Position numbers and translations under genes: made by a program
Origin: an uncultured Bacilli bacterium
Lineage (GTDB): Bacteria > Bacillota_I > Bacilli_A > RFN20 > CAG-449
Length of the DNA: 63,688 bases
Assembly (NCBI GenBank): GCA_947629415.1
Contig: CANRDP010000002.1
Coordinates: forward strand, 1-63,688
Direction: 5' to 3'
Shown: positions 1 to 8,378 of the stretch, one piece after another
Numbering within the stretch: position 1 is the stretch's first letter
Layout of the letters: every line of letters starts with the position of its first letter
Notes under the pieces: generated by a model
Database searches by the model: none
Seen by the model: only the letters and a program-made list of their open reading frames with translations
What the model was told of the DNA's origin: nothing

Positions 1-123
1 ATTTTTAACTATAAAAACGGAACGCAAACGGTCAGCCTTGACGAGCTTTTGTGTTCGGATTATAATTGCCTCGGTGCGCCATCAACAGAGCAAAAAAATT
101 CCTTTGCTCTTTTTTTTATTTGA
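1..123 (+). CDS. possible 3' end of a CDS entering from upstream of the window (partial, unassigned)
   Basis: Frame +1 is open from nt 1 to TGA at 121-123 (...YKNGTQTVSLDELLCSDYNCLGAPSTEQKNSFALFFI*). Nt 20-100 are visibly GC-richer than the following spacer. A terminator hairpin sits at its end. No family recognised. Confidence 0.25.
   Translation: MFNYKNGTQTVSLDELLCSDYNCLGAPSTEQKNSFALFFI
87..117 (+). terminator. rho-independent terminator
   Basis: Stem AGAGCAAA (87-94) pairs with TTTGCTCT (103-110), 8-nt loop, then a T7 run (111-117). Confidence 0.6.
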
Positions 124-344
124 AAAGGAGAACATCCATATTTTTTAGGTTTAAAGAACTATTCAAAAAAAATGAAACGATATCTTTTTTTATTAAATGC
201 TTTCATCTAAAGAGAAATTGTGATATCTTTCAAACGAGGAAATTCCTATGAATATGAGACTGTATAACGATATGTTGAAACAATTTTTAATGGTAAAAAT
301 GCAAAAGTTGAATTTGCAAAGAAAAAAATAGGAAATGGAAAAAA

Positions 345-1001
345 ATGAAAACGATATTACATATTCCTCATGCATCTTTAGCCGTTCCTAACGATTTTTA
401 CGACGGGCTTTTAATTCCCCGTGACGAATTTTCCCGCTACAACAAAGAGATGACAGATTTCGGTGTTGAAAAACTTTTTCGCAATGTAGAAGGAGAAAGA
501 ATCATAGCACCATATTCTCGACTCTATTGCGATATGGAACGTTATCGTGACGACAATAAAGAACCAATGGCAAAATACGGAGAAGGTGTCGTGTATACTC
601 ACCTTTACGATGGCACTTTGTTCCATGCTCACGATGAAAATTATCGCAATACCGTATTAAAGTATTACGATGCTTATCACGCAAATTTCAATGAGACGGT
701 TTTGCGACTTTTAAAAGAAGATTCCAGTCTTTTGATTTTGGATTGTCATAGTTTTTCCGATAAAATGGCCGCACATTTTTTTGCACCGCCCTTCCCGGAT
801 GTTTGTATTGGAATCGAAAAAGAATATTATGATAAAGAAATCACCGAAAAAATTCTTTCTGCTATTCAAAATAAGGGATATCGTTATGCCATCAATTATC
901 CCTATCGTGGTAGTATTGTTCCGACAATAGCAGCATCACTTTCGTCAAAGAAAAAAATCGTCTCTATCATGATTGAAGTAAATAAAAGAATTTATCTGTA
1001 A
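345..1001 (+). CDS. N-formylglutamate amidohydrolase (FGase) family protein
   Basis: 218-aa ORF. The N-terminal ILHIPHAS motif and the later LILDCHSF motif fit the FGase family layout. Assignment by eye only. Confidence 0.6.
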   Translation: MKTILHIPHASLAVPNDFYDGLLIPRDEFSRYNKEMTDFGVEKLFRNVEGERIIAPYSRLYCDMERYRDDNKEPMAKYGEGVVYTHLYDGTLFHAHDENYRNTVLKYYDAYHANFNETVLRLLKEDSSLLILDCHSFSDKMAAHFFAPPFPDVCIGIEKEYYDKEITEKILSAIQNKGYRYAINYPYRGSIVPTIAASLSSKKKIVSIMIEVNKRIYL

Positions 1002-1203
1002 GATTTTTCTTTGACATCCATATCCTCTTTAGAATCATGGACGAATAATGATACTTTTTCCTCTTGATGATAATAAGGAAAGTGGATACAAGACTTGCCA
1101 TAACTTCCGCGCCGACAATCGACCACCAAATTCCGTTTACACCCAATAAAATCGGGAAAATCAATACTGCTGTGACTTGAAAAACAAATGTTTGCACAAA
1201 CAA
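967..1203 (-). pseudogene. C-terminal remnant of a MATE-type efflux transporter
   Basis: 78-aa ORF consisting only of two terminal TM helices plus a basic tail (...LGVNGIWWSIVGAEVMASLVSTFLIIIKRKK...), as at MATE C-termini. No upstream part of the gene is present. It overlaps the 3' end of the convergent FGase-family gene. Confidence 0.45.
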
Positions 1204-1265
1204 AATATTTCATATTCCTTCCACAAATTACTTAATACAAAATACGGCGTATAAAGGTACCGATT

Positions 1266-1625
1266 TTATATTATTTTCAAAACCACAAGTTTAACTTTTG
1301 GAATTTCTGTAGCCTTGTTATATTTGCTCATGTCGTTAAAATAAGCCTGAATAATTTCTTCTTGTTTAATTCTTGCCAATTCAACATTTCCAGTTTTTAC
1401 AAATTGCTCAACAACTTCTGGCATACCGCCAATATATAAAAAATCTTTATATAAATCCATAGCTTCATTGTGAAAAGATCTAGGGAGTTTCGTATCTTCG
1501 GCATAGCATCTTTTGATTTCTGCAATCAATGTCTCATAATTTTCATTTTGTGCAAAACTCAAGCGTTTTTGCCATTTTTTTGGAGATAATTTATAACAAA
1601 ATTGCCATTTTTTTGGAGATAAGTC
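1266..1625 (-). pseudogene. internal fragment of an AAA_14/DUF4143-type ATPase (paralog of 61057..62349)
   Basis: The open frame (stop-to-stop limit 1625) aligns by eye with the middle of the intact 430-aa protein (FLYIGGMPEVVEQFVK vs YLIIGGMPECVASWVK; YFNDMSKYN vs YENDFSKHN). It lacks the Walker A N-terminus and the DUF4143 C-terminus. Confidence 0.6.
1569..1622. repeat. 21-bp direct repeat x2 (TTGCCATTTTTTTGGAGATAA), period 33 bp
   Basis: Exact copies at 1569-1589 and 1602-1622. On the minus strand this is an in-frame 11-codon duplication (LSPKKWQ twice) inside the ATPase relic. Confidence 0.9.
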
Positions 1626-1784
1626 CTAAAATGTTCATTTAATAAACTTTAATTATAAATTTTTAATCACATCAACAAATCTAATGTGCTTTAATTTTTG
1701 TGCATTATAACTTTTAAAAAATATTTCGGTTTATAATTTTTTACTTATGTTCTTTTCATTTTTATTTGAAAAAGAAATAAATAC

Positions 1785-1817
1785 AAACAAAAAGCACATC
1801 ATAGAAATGATATGCTT
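1785..1817 (-). terminator. rho-independent terminator of the 1015-aa surface protein gene
   Basis: On the minus strand: AAGCAUAUCAU-UUCU-AUGAUGUGCUU (11 bp including one G-U pair) followed by UUUGUUU. It lies 54 nt after the stop at 1872. Confidence 0.7.
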
Positions 1818-1871
1818 TTCGTTTTTCTTAAATAGAACTTTTATCGTGCATTAAGCACTCGGAGCAACGTA

Positions 1872-4800
1872 TTAGAAACGTATACGAATATCACTCCCAT
1901 TTGATGAAGCATAATGCTCTACTGCGATAATATAAGTTTTTCCGATTTCCAATTTTTTAGAATCATCTAACTCAATTTTATCACTTGCTTCGTTTTTTTC
2001 CGCTAATAAAGTAGGACTATCACCTTCACAGCTATAGATTTTAAATGTAGCGTTCTCCCATGTTTGAATAAAATTACAATAAGGAGCTGGAGATTTTTCA
2101 TCTTTTGCCATGAGAGTTATTTTGAAATATTCCACCGTTGAATTATAACCTTTAACACCGGTATATTCATAACTGCTACTTGAAGAAACCATAAATTTAC
2201 TTTGATCTAGTTCATGTGGATTTTCTAATGCACTGGTTGCCTTTATTTCGGCAATCGTGAAACTTATATCCGCCTGACAAGGATTCTGATTATATTGTCC
2301 TGCCGTCTGTCCAAAACATTGAATGATATATTCTTTGTTTGCTTCAAAATGCCCATTTTTTGATGTATCAAATGAAGTAGGACTACAATAATATGTCGAA
2401 GAACTACTACCACGAGTAGCAAAAGTACCAAATGTAGCTACTGTTGATTTCGAAGACGACGCTTCATAAACAATCATAGTCATTTTAGCCGTTGAAGATA
2501 ATCCCGTAGTGGACACTACGGCATCAATCGCATTTTTCGGAGTGAAAGAATAATACACTTCGGAGTAATAATGGTAATCCCAATTCGATGTAGAGGAACT
2601 ATCATAATATTGTTTCACTTGACCTTTGGTCCAGTCAATGGTAATCGGTTCACCTAATCCTTCACCATTTTCATAGGCAACGATAGCATTTTCAGCAACT
2701 AGTCCTTTCGGCTGATCATCAATTTTCAAATTAAATTTATACTCAAATTCTCGTGAGGCCGTGAATCGATGAGTATCGACTACTGCAACAACATATTTTT
2801 TCTTTTCCAAAGTAGTGACATTCAATGTCTTACCTTTTGAAGATTCGATTTTTTCATAATTTCCTTCCGCATCTTGATATTCATAAAGTTGAATTTCATA
2901 ATCGGTTGAACTTCCCTTTATTTCACTGATTGTCGTAGAAATTTCAACAAATTTATGTTCGCTTTTATCTACTCCGCTATTATCGAAAAGACAATATACG
3001 CCTTGACCGAACCCACCGATTTGCACGTCTTTATTTTCTTGCCATGCAATCGGTTGTTGATCGGCTTCTTCTAAGCGATCACCATCTATTTGTGTTAATT
3101 TTGCCGTGGTTGTATCGTAAACTTTAGAACCTCCATAAGAGGAAGACATTCCTACAACATATACATACGTATGATCGGCTTCTAAACGATAACCTAATCC
3201 ATAGTTATAGGTTTCATTAATATTATTTCCACCATTATTTGAGGCTAAACTTGAAAGTGTAGCAAGCTTTTCTGCGGTTAATTCACCATCATCTACGGTT
3301 TTATTATCTCCTAAAAGACTTGTTACATCATATAATGTCACTTCCGAACCCATTGTAGAAGTATCCACATCATTGATATAGTAAATATCTTCTTCCTCAC
3401 AAGAGAAAATATAATATGCTTTCGGGGAATATTCTGCTAAAGAAAGTTGTTTTGCTGCCACATTAACCGTTAAAGGAATTGCTTCTTCAACACTAAATCC
3501 TTCTTTTTCAATTTCTGCATAATTTGCATAATAATTCAAACCTTCAGCTAATGTGATGGTACTATCCGTAAGTTTGGTAGAGAATCCTTCTTCTTTATAC
3601 CAACCTTTGAATCCATAATTTGTACCTTCAATCTCCAAAGTTAATGGTGCTTGAGGAACAGGAACTTTCGTTCCTTCCCAGTCATTTATGACATATTGAT
3701 CCGTATATTCTGTTCCATCAATAGAAAGCGTTTTTCCTTGGAAATGGAAAGTCACATCGACTTTTTTAGAATCATTGCAAATGACAACATTCTTCTCAAT
3801 GCAATCATTCCAGCCAATATCAACACTCTGCCAAGCAGTTTTACTGCCATCATATCGAATTTCTTCTACTTCAATGTCACTAGGAAATAATTTATCCGGA
3901 ATTTTTTGTACTTTACTTCCGATATATAAATGTTCCAATTCAATGGTATGACTTGTGCTTGCCTCAAAAGAAGCACTATTTCCTTTCATATTTATTGCAT
4001 CATAATGAATGATTTTTAAACCATCCAAGCCATAGAAAGTTAAACTATCTGCACCACCAGTAACATTTTCCGGAATATTTATTTCCCTTAAAGATGCACA
4101 ATTTCGGAATGCCTGTGTACTTAAAGTGGTAATTGAATCCGGTAAAACCACTTTGGTTAAGCTCCTGCAAGCGTCGAAGATTCCTCTATACAATGTGGTA
4201 ACTTTTCCGAAAGTATCATCGGCCACATATCCCGTAAGATTTTGTGCGTAATATTTATTTACATAAGCTTCCGTAATTGTGTCACTACTACAATCCACGG
4301 TATATTCATAAGGATTCGATTTGTTTTCTTCATATGTTAAATACTCATTAGAATTATTCGCTATATATGTTCCGCCGACATTTGCTTTCACTTGAGCTTT
4401 GAGATTATTTACATGAACCGTAACATCCAAAACATCCAAGAAATTTGCCTCGGGAATATTATTCATCGTATAGGTAATAAAATAATTGAATTTTTCACCG
4501 AAAGAAGAAGGAAGTAAAAGATCACCCCCATCCTCTAGCGAAACATAGGCCGTAGTAACCGGATAGCTTTTACTTTCTTTTAAAACACTATTCGTATTTC
4601 CGCTATACATAACACGATCAAAAGAAGCCGTAACATTTAAAGAAGAAATCGCGGCAATGAATCGTATGGAACGACAACCGGACTCGTTTTCTTCGCTAAC
4701 TTGAACTTTCATAGAAGGTCTTATAACTTCCGTATTTCCGACATCTTCACCATTAGAAAGAGCTAAACGCGGTCCTTCATCTTCAAATTCAGAATTTTCC

Positions 4801-4919
4801 GAGACATTTTCGGAAAAATTCTCATTGGCAACGAGGAATTTATTTTGATTTGCAATGACAGCACTGATACCAAGAATCAACGTACTGCAAGCTATAAATA
4901 ATCCAATTCTTTTTTTCAT
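1872..4919 (-). CDS. large secreted surface protein with BspA-type LRRs, an InlB-B-repeat-like motif and C-terminal beta-sandwich-like modules
   Basis: 1015 aa with an N-terminal signal sequence (MKKRIGLFIACSTLILGISAVIA). LRR_5-like repeats (FRNCASLREINIPENVT...). A Flg_new-like motif (YGFKGWYKEEGFSTKL). Four Y-x-F...LY[DE]-type modules follow. The start is 2 nt after the upstream stop. Confidence 0.8.
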   Translation of the reverse strand: MKKRIGLFIACSTLILGISAVIANQNKFLVANENFSENVSENSEFEDEGPRLALSNGEDVGNTEVIRPSMKVQVSEENESGCRSIRFIAAISSLNVTASFDRVMYSGNTNSVLKESKSYPVTTAYVSLEDGGDLLLPSSFGEKFNYFITYTMNNIPEANFLDVLDVTVHVNNLKAQVKANVGGTYIANNSNEYLTYEENKSNPYEYTVDCSSDTITEAYVNKYYAQNLTGYVADDTFGKVTTLYRGIFDACRSLTKVVLPDSITTLSTQAFRNCASLREINIPENVTGGADSLTFYGLDGLKIIHYDAINMKGNSASFEASTSHTIELEHLYIGSKVQKIPDKLFPSDIEVEEIRYDGSKTAWQSVDIGWNDCIEKNVVICNDSKKVDVTFHFQGKTLSIDGTEYTDQYVINDWEGTKVPVPQAPLTLEIEGTNYGFKGWYKEEGFSTKLTDSTITLAEGLNYYANYAEIEKEGFSVEEAIPLTVNVAAKQLSLAEYSPKAYYIFSCEEEDIYYINDVDTSTMGSEVTLYDVTSLLGDNKTVDDGELTAEKLATLSSLASNNGGNNINETYNYGLGYRLEADHTYVYVVGMSSSYGGSKVYDTTTAKLTQIDGDRLEEADQQPIAWQENKDVQIGGFGQGVYCLFDNSGVDKSEHKFVEISTTISEIKGSSTDYEIQLYEYQDAEGNYEKIESSKGKTLNVTTLEKKKYVVAVVDTHRFTASREFEYKFNLKIDDQPKGLVAENAIVAYENGEGLGEPITIDWTKGQVKQYYDSSSTSNWDYHYYSEVYYSFTPKNAIDAVVSTTGLSSTAKMTMIVYEASSSKSTVATFGTFATRGSSSSTYYCSPTSFDTSKNGHFEANKEYIIQCFGQTAGQYNQNPCQADISFTIAEIKATSALENPHELDQSKFMVSSSSSYEYTGVKGYNSTVEYFKITLMAKDEKSPAPYCNFIQTWENATFKIYSCEGDSPTLLAEKNEASDKIELDDSKKLEIGKTYIIAVEHYASSNGSDIRIRF

Positions 4920-4921
4920 AT

Positions 4922-6436
4922 TTATTCTCCTCCCCCGTTAAAATCTTCTTGTTCTCCGGAGCTCCAAGAGCCGCTACCGCCTTCTTCTAATTCCGGAATA
5001 GAACTGAAATCAAAGCCAAGAGAAGCTGTTCCGATATCAACAAACGCAATCGTAACTTTTCCTAAAGAACCACTATTATTAAAATCAAAAGAAACTTCCT
5101 GAACCGCATCCGCTGCACTTAAAGTAATCTTTAAAGAGGTGGCTTTCTCAGCATAAGTATTGATAAGTGTATGATCTTTTGTGACAAAATATTGTGCCAA
5201 AACTTGTGCAATGGATTCTCCTTCGATTTTGTCATTATATGCTTCAAAAACACCGTCACCTTTATCTTCAAATAAAGCAAAAGAGAACTGTTCCTCGGAA
5301 TCTAAATTATTAAAACTCGGAGAATACTTTGTTAAATCCTCTGCAGTTGCAACCTTCCCTTTTAAAATCTGATCACTTGTTTTTTGAAATCCAAAATACT
5401 CGTCATCATAATGTGCAAAACCATATCCTTCTTCTCCGGTAGCACCGAAACCAAAATACGTTCCATCGCTTCCATAAGTATAACTAAACTCTTGAGTAGA
5501 AGAGCCTCTTTCAATCTTATATTTCATTTTATAGGATTGAGTTTTTAAAGCATCAAAAGCCGAAATTAACTTAGCATGATTGGAAGTTTCACTAAAGACT
5601 TCCGGTAATGCCGGAAGTACTTCCGCAGTCTCTTCTAAAACCCATTCATTTTCCAAAACATAAGATTCATTTTCGTCTTCTTGCTGAGATGTTGTCGCAA
5701 TTTTAAACGACTTAATCTGCCCATTTTGTAAATTCAAAACAAAAGAATCCAAAAGATTTACATCTATTTGTATTTCTCCATCATTAAAGAAGAAATATCC
5801 GAAATTCTTTAAAACCATTTCTTTCTTGTCTGCATTTAAAGCATAGCTTCCTTCGGCTACTTTTGTGAAATCATCCACAACGAAACTATCAAATGGATTT
5901 TTTACATTTTTCCATTCCTCTATCTCGGTAGAAAGAACTTGATTTTTTCTTGTTCGATTATAGAGATAGACTTTTTCAGGATCATTGCTACCTTGTCCTT
6001 TATACAAAAGGAGTTCTTGTTGAGCATCCACATCATCGAATTTAACACGATCACTATTAAAAGTGATTTTTGCGTTTTTTATATCCATCGAGGAGGATGC
6101 TTCGACTTTCTTTACTTTTCCACGAAATGTTTTGTTTCCACGGAAAAGGGAAAGAAGAGAATCTGTAAGATTATTTGTTACCATACTACTGGAACTGCTG
6201 GAACTACTGGAAACAGAACTACTACTTGAAGAAGAACTGCTACTGAAAATAGAACTGCTGCTAGAGCCAGAAGAACTATTTCCGAGACTGTTCGATGAAG
6301 CACCAGATGAGGACGTAACCGATGACTGTCCGCTGGAGCTTTGACTTGAAAGACTTAATAAACTACTTAATTCTTCATTCGAACATCCGCATAATAATCC
6401 GAATATTCCAACGAGTAAAAACAGGGGTTTCTTCAT
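4922..6436 (-). CDS. lipoprotein with Ser-rich linker (function unknown)
   Basis: 504 aa. Signal peptide plus lipobox (FGLLCG|C) followed by a Ser-rich linker of roughly 60 residues. RBS GAAAGGAAAGAG lies upstream of the ATG. Confidence 0.8.
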   Translation of the reverse strand: MKKPLFLLVGIFGLLCGCSNEELSSLLSLSSQSSSGQSSVTSSSGASSNSLGNSSSGSSSSSIFSSSSSSSSSSVSSSSSSSSSMVTNNLTDSLLSLFRGNKTFRGKVKKVEASSSMDIKNAKITFNSDRVKFDDVDAQQELLLYKGQGSNDPEKVYLYNRTRKNQVLSTEIEEWKNVKNPFDSFVVDDFTKVAEGSYALNADKKEMVLKNFGYFFFNDGEIQIDVNLLDSFVLNLQNGQIKSFKIATTSQQEDENESYVLENEWVLEETAEVLPALPEVFSETSNHAKLISAFDALKTQSYKMKYKIERGSSTQEFSYTYGSDGTYFGFGATGEEGYGFAHYDDEYFGFQKTSDQILKGKVATAEDLTKYSPSFNNLDSEEQFSFALFEDKGDGVFEAYNDKIEGESIAQVLAQYFVTKDHTLINTYAEKATSLKITLSAADAVQEVSFDFNNSGSLGKVTIAFVDIGTASLGFDFSSIPELEEGGSGSWSSGEQEDFNGGGE

Positions 6437-6488
6437 ATCTCTTTCCTTTCTAATTTTAATTTAATAAAAAATATTAAAATTGTTTTCT

Positions 6489-6517
6489 AGTTTATTCCTA
6501 ATCTTAATGCTTGTCAA
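6489..6517 (-). promoter_or_regulatory. candidate sigma-A promoter of the 504-aa/1015-aa gene pair
   Basis: On the minus strand: TTGACA (6517-6512), 17-nt spacer, TAAACT (6494-6489). It lies about 50 nt upstream of the ATG at 6436. Confidence 0.45.
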
Positions 6518-6528
6518 GAAAAAAATAT

Positions 6529-6548
6529 CAAACTGACACCATACGTTA
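6529..6548. repeat. left copy of the flanking direct repeat (CAAACTGACACCATACGTTA)
   Basis: Identical 20-mer at 8255-8274. The last 4 nt (GTTA) coincide with the first nt of the left IS inverted repeat, so the true duplication is 16-20 bp. Confidence 0.85.
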
Positions 6549-6591
6549 ATTATTAATCTAAGTGCAACAAGTAATAATGAAAAAAATTTTA
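6545..6591. repeat. IS left terminal inverted repeat
   Basis: GTTAATTATTAATCTAAGTGCAACAAGTAATAATGAAAAAAATTTTA matches the reverse complement of 8205-8253. The first 26 nt are identical, then there is one mismatch or indel. Confidence 0.85.
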
Positions 6592-6670
6592 AACTGTTGC
6601 GGACGGAATTAAAAATACGTTAAATAAAGATGTACTTTTTCGAGTGGTATTGAAAAAGGAGAGAAGGAAA

Positions 6671-8002
6671 ATGAGAATAAAAGAAGAAAGAAATACCACA
6701 GGAAAAAAATACGAACAAATGAGTTTGGTTCAACGAGCACAATTACAAGCGAGTATAAAGACACACAAATCCTTAAGTGCAATAGCAAAAGAGATGGGAG
6801 TAACAAGACAAACACTATATAGGGAGTTGATAAGGAATTCTTATCCAGTGAATCGAGATACATGTGATACGAAATCCTCTTGTTTGCACATACAGGAGTG
6901 CAGCAGAGGAAGGACAAAAATAAAATTATTTTGTCCATATAAATGTACAAAGTATCAACCTGGGAAGCAAGAATGTCTGAAGAAATATCCCTTTGTTTGT
7001 AATCATTGTGCAAAAAAAGCGAGATGCACTTATTTACAGTATTATTACGATGCGGAGAAAGCTTCCGGGGAATATCACCAACGCATACAAAATGCGAATA
7101 AAAGGCCTCGTGCGGATAAAAATACGATTAAAGCAGTAAATAAGGTCATATCACCATTGATCAAGAAAGGACAATCGGTTGAGGCGATACTCATGAATCA
7201 CCGCGAGATTAAAATATCAGCATCGACGTTAAGATATTGGATCAAAACAGGAGCGTTGGATTGTCGGTTATCCGATTTAAGGATGACAGGCAGAAGATTA
7301 CCAACGAATCGGACATATGTAAGTAAAGAGGATGAAGCAGAACATCAAAGATATGACTTTAAAGAAAATCATAAATATCAAGAATATCTATTGTATCATC
7401 AGTATCATCAAAAAGCCTTAATTGTAGAATTAGATACGGTGATTGGATGTATTGATGGGGTCAAGTCTGTATTAACGATCCACATTGTACAACATCGCTT
7501 ACAATTCGGAATTTTATTAGAAACACATACGAAGAAGGAAGTATATGAGAAACTTAAGGAATTTATGAACAAACTCAAATCTTATGATGAGAGGTATGGG
7601 ACCATAATGAGTCAAAGTTTCAGTGAAATACTACTTACAGATAATGGCGTGGAATTTGACTCATTACTCGACTTAGAGGGAAGCATAGAAAACTGTCATG
7701 TTTTCTATTGCAGGCCCTATGCACCATATCAAAAAGGAGCCTGTGAAAGAAATCACGTATTCGTGAGATTCATTCACTATAAAGGATGGTCTTTTGATGG
7801 TCTTACTCAAGAGGATATTAACAGGTTATTTTCCCATATTAATTCCTATCCTCGTAAATCTTTAGAAGGTAAAACTCCCTATGAAAAAGTCCTAGATGAC
7901 CCACGTCTAGGACAAGCATTCCTCGCTTTTGCAGGAATTACAAAGGTGGAATGTGACGATGTCACATTAAATCCATCTTTACTGAAAAAAATTAAAAAGT
8001 AG
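6671..8002 (+). CDS. IS30-family DDE transposase
   Basis: 444 aa from ATG 6671 (RBS AAAGGAGAGAAGG); the track's longer ORF starts at 6644. N-terminal HTH (LSAIAKEMGVTRQTLYRELIRN). A Cys-rich insert. DDE core motifs LDTVIG, LTDNGVEF and YQKGACERNH, with about 34 residues between the 2nd D and the E. Confidence 0.9.
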   Translation: MRIKEERNTTGKKYEQMSLVQRAQLQASIKTHKSLSAIAKEMGVTRQTLYRELIRNSYPVNRDTCDTKSSCLHIQECSRGRTKIKLFCPYKCTKYQPGKQECLKKYPFVCNHCAKKARCTYLQYYYDAEKASGEYHQRIQNANKRPRADKNTIKAVNKVISPLIKKGQSVEAILMNHREIKISASTLRYWIKTGALDCRLSDLRMTGRRLPTNRTYVSKEDEAEHQRYDFKENHKYQEYLLYHQYHQKALIVELDTVIGCIDGVKSVLTIHIVQHRLQFGILLETHTKKEVYEKLKEFMNKLKSYDERYGTIMSQSFSEILLTDNGVEFDSLLDLEGSIENCHVFYCRPYAPYQKGACERNHVFVRFIHYKGWSFDGLTQEDINRLFSHINSYPRKSLEGKTPYEKVLDDPRLGQAFLAFAGITKVECDDVTLNPSLLKKIKK

Positions 8003-8204
8003 AAGAAATACTTTTTAATTTCTAAATCACTCGAAGAAGGACAATCATAACCCATATAAATGTCACACTTAGCTTTAAAATTTCATTTTCACTAAGTAGT
8101 TTTTGTTATGTCTTTCTTCTTTTGCTATTGTACATGATTTAAAAGAAAATGAAAACCAAATTATTCCTTTATTCCTTTTTTTCCCTATTTTCTCTTTGTT
8201 TTTT

Positions 8205-8253
8205 TAAAAATTTTTTTCATTATTATTTTGTTGCACTTAGATTAATAATTAAC
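8205..8253. repeat. IS right terminal inverted repeat
   Basis: Reverse complement of the left inverted repeat (see 6545-6591). Confidence 0.85.
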
Positions 8254-8254
8254 C

Positions 8255-8274
8255 CAAACTGACACCATACGTTA
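8255..8274. repeat. right copy of the flanking direct repeat
   Basis: CAAACTGACACCATACGTTA, identical to 6529-6548. Confidence 0.85.
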
Positions 8275-8323
8275 CTTTTATACTTTAAAAAACACTTTTT
8301 TTAGGCAAAAGAAAAAATCGTCC

Positions 8324-8348
8324 AAAACAAAAGGGGATAAATATCCCC
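8324..8348 (-). terminator. rho-independent terminator of the 604-aa/900-aa gene pair
   Basis: On the minus strand: GGGGAU-AUUU-AUCCCC followed by UUUUGUUUU. It lies 30 nt after the stop at 8379. Confidence 0.7.
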
Positions 8349-8378
8349 TAATGTAGAATTTTAATAATTAATGAACTT

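Larger units (their letters stand above)
6545..8253 (+). mobile_element. IS30-family insertion sequence (~1.7 kb), apparently intact
   Basis: Terminal inverted repeats of ~47 bp. A single DDE transposase ORF. A flanking 16-20-bp direct repeat. Boundaries are uncertain by 1-3 nt. Confidence 0.85.

Noticed and set aside
66-251. 61-aa ORF in the leader region upstream of the FGase-family gene
   Set aside because: Low-complexity Lys/Phe-rich product with no RBS. It spans a terminator hairpin and an AT-rich spacer, so it looks like a chance ORF.
1569-1622. Possible CRISPR or other spaced-repeat array
   Set aside because: There are only two copies of a 21-mer, the period is 33 bp, and they lie inside a decayed ORF as an in-frame duplication. 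No further repeats or cas genes are present.
6181-6300. Ser-codon-rich stretch (AGT/AGC/TCx runs) as a possible VNTR; a similar stretch occurs at 10900-10990
   Set aside because: It is compositionally biased but not an exact tandem repeat unit. It is best explained as a Ser-rich lipoprotein linker. Length polymorphism is possible but cannot be inferred from one sequence.
5939-6344. ORFs of 93-96 aa antisense to the Ser-rich part of the 504-aa lipoprotein gene. Similar antisense or out-of-frame ORFs occur inside other large genes, for example 3651..3890, 8405..8944, 10023..10301, 18481..18841 and 56059..56877.
   Set aside because: They are embedded in strongly supported CDS on the other strand or frame. 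Their products are low-complexity mirror images (Leu/Glu or Ser repeats) with no RBS and no recognisable family.
6609-7013. 134-aa ORF antisense to the 5' end of the IS30 transposase
   Set aside because: Fully overlapped by the transposase gene, whose DDE and HTH motifs are clear. The product is hydrophobic low-complexity sequence with no translation signals.
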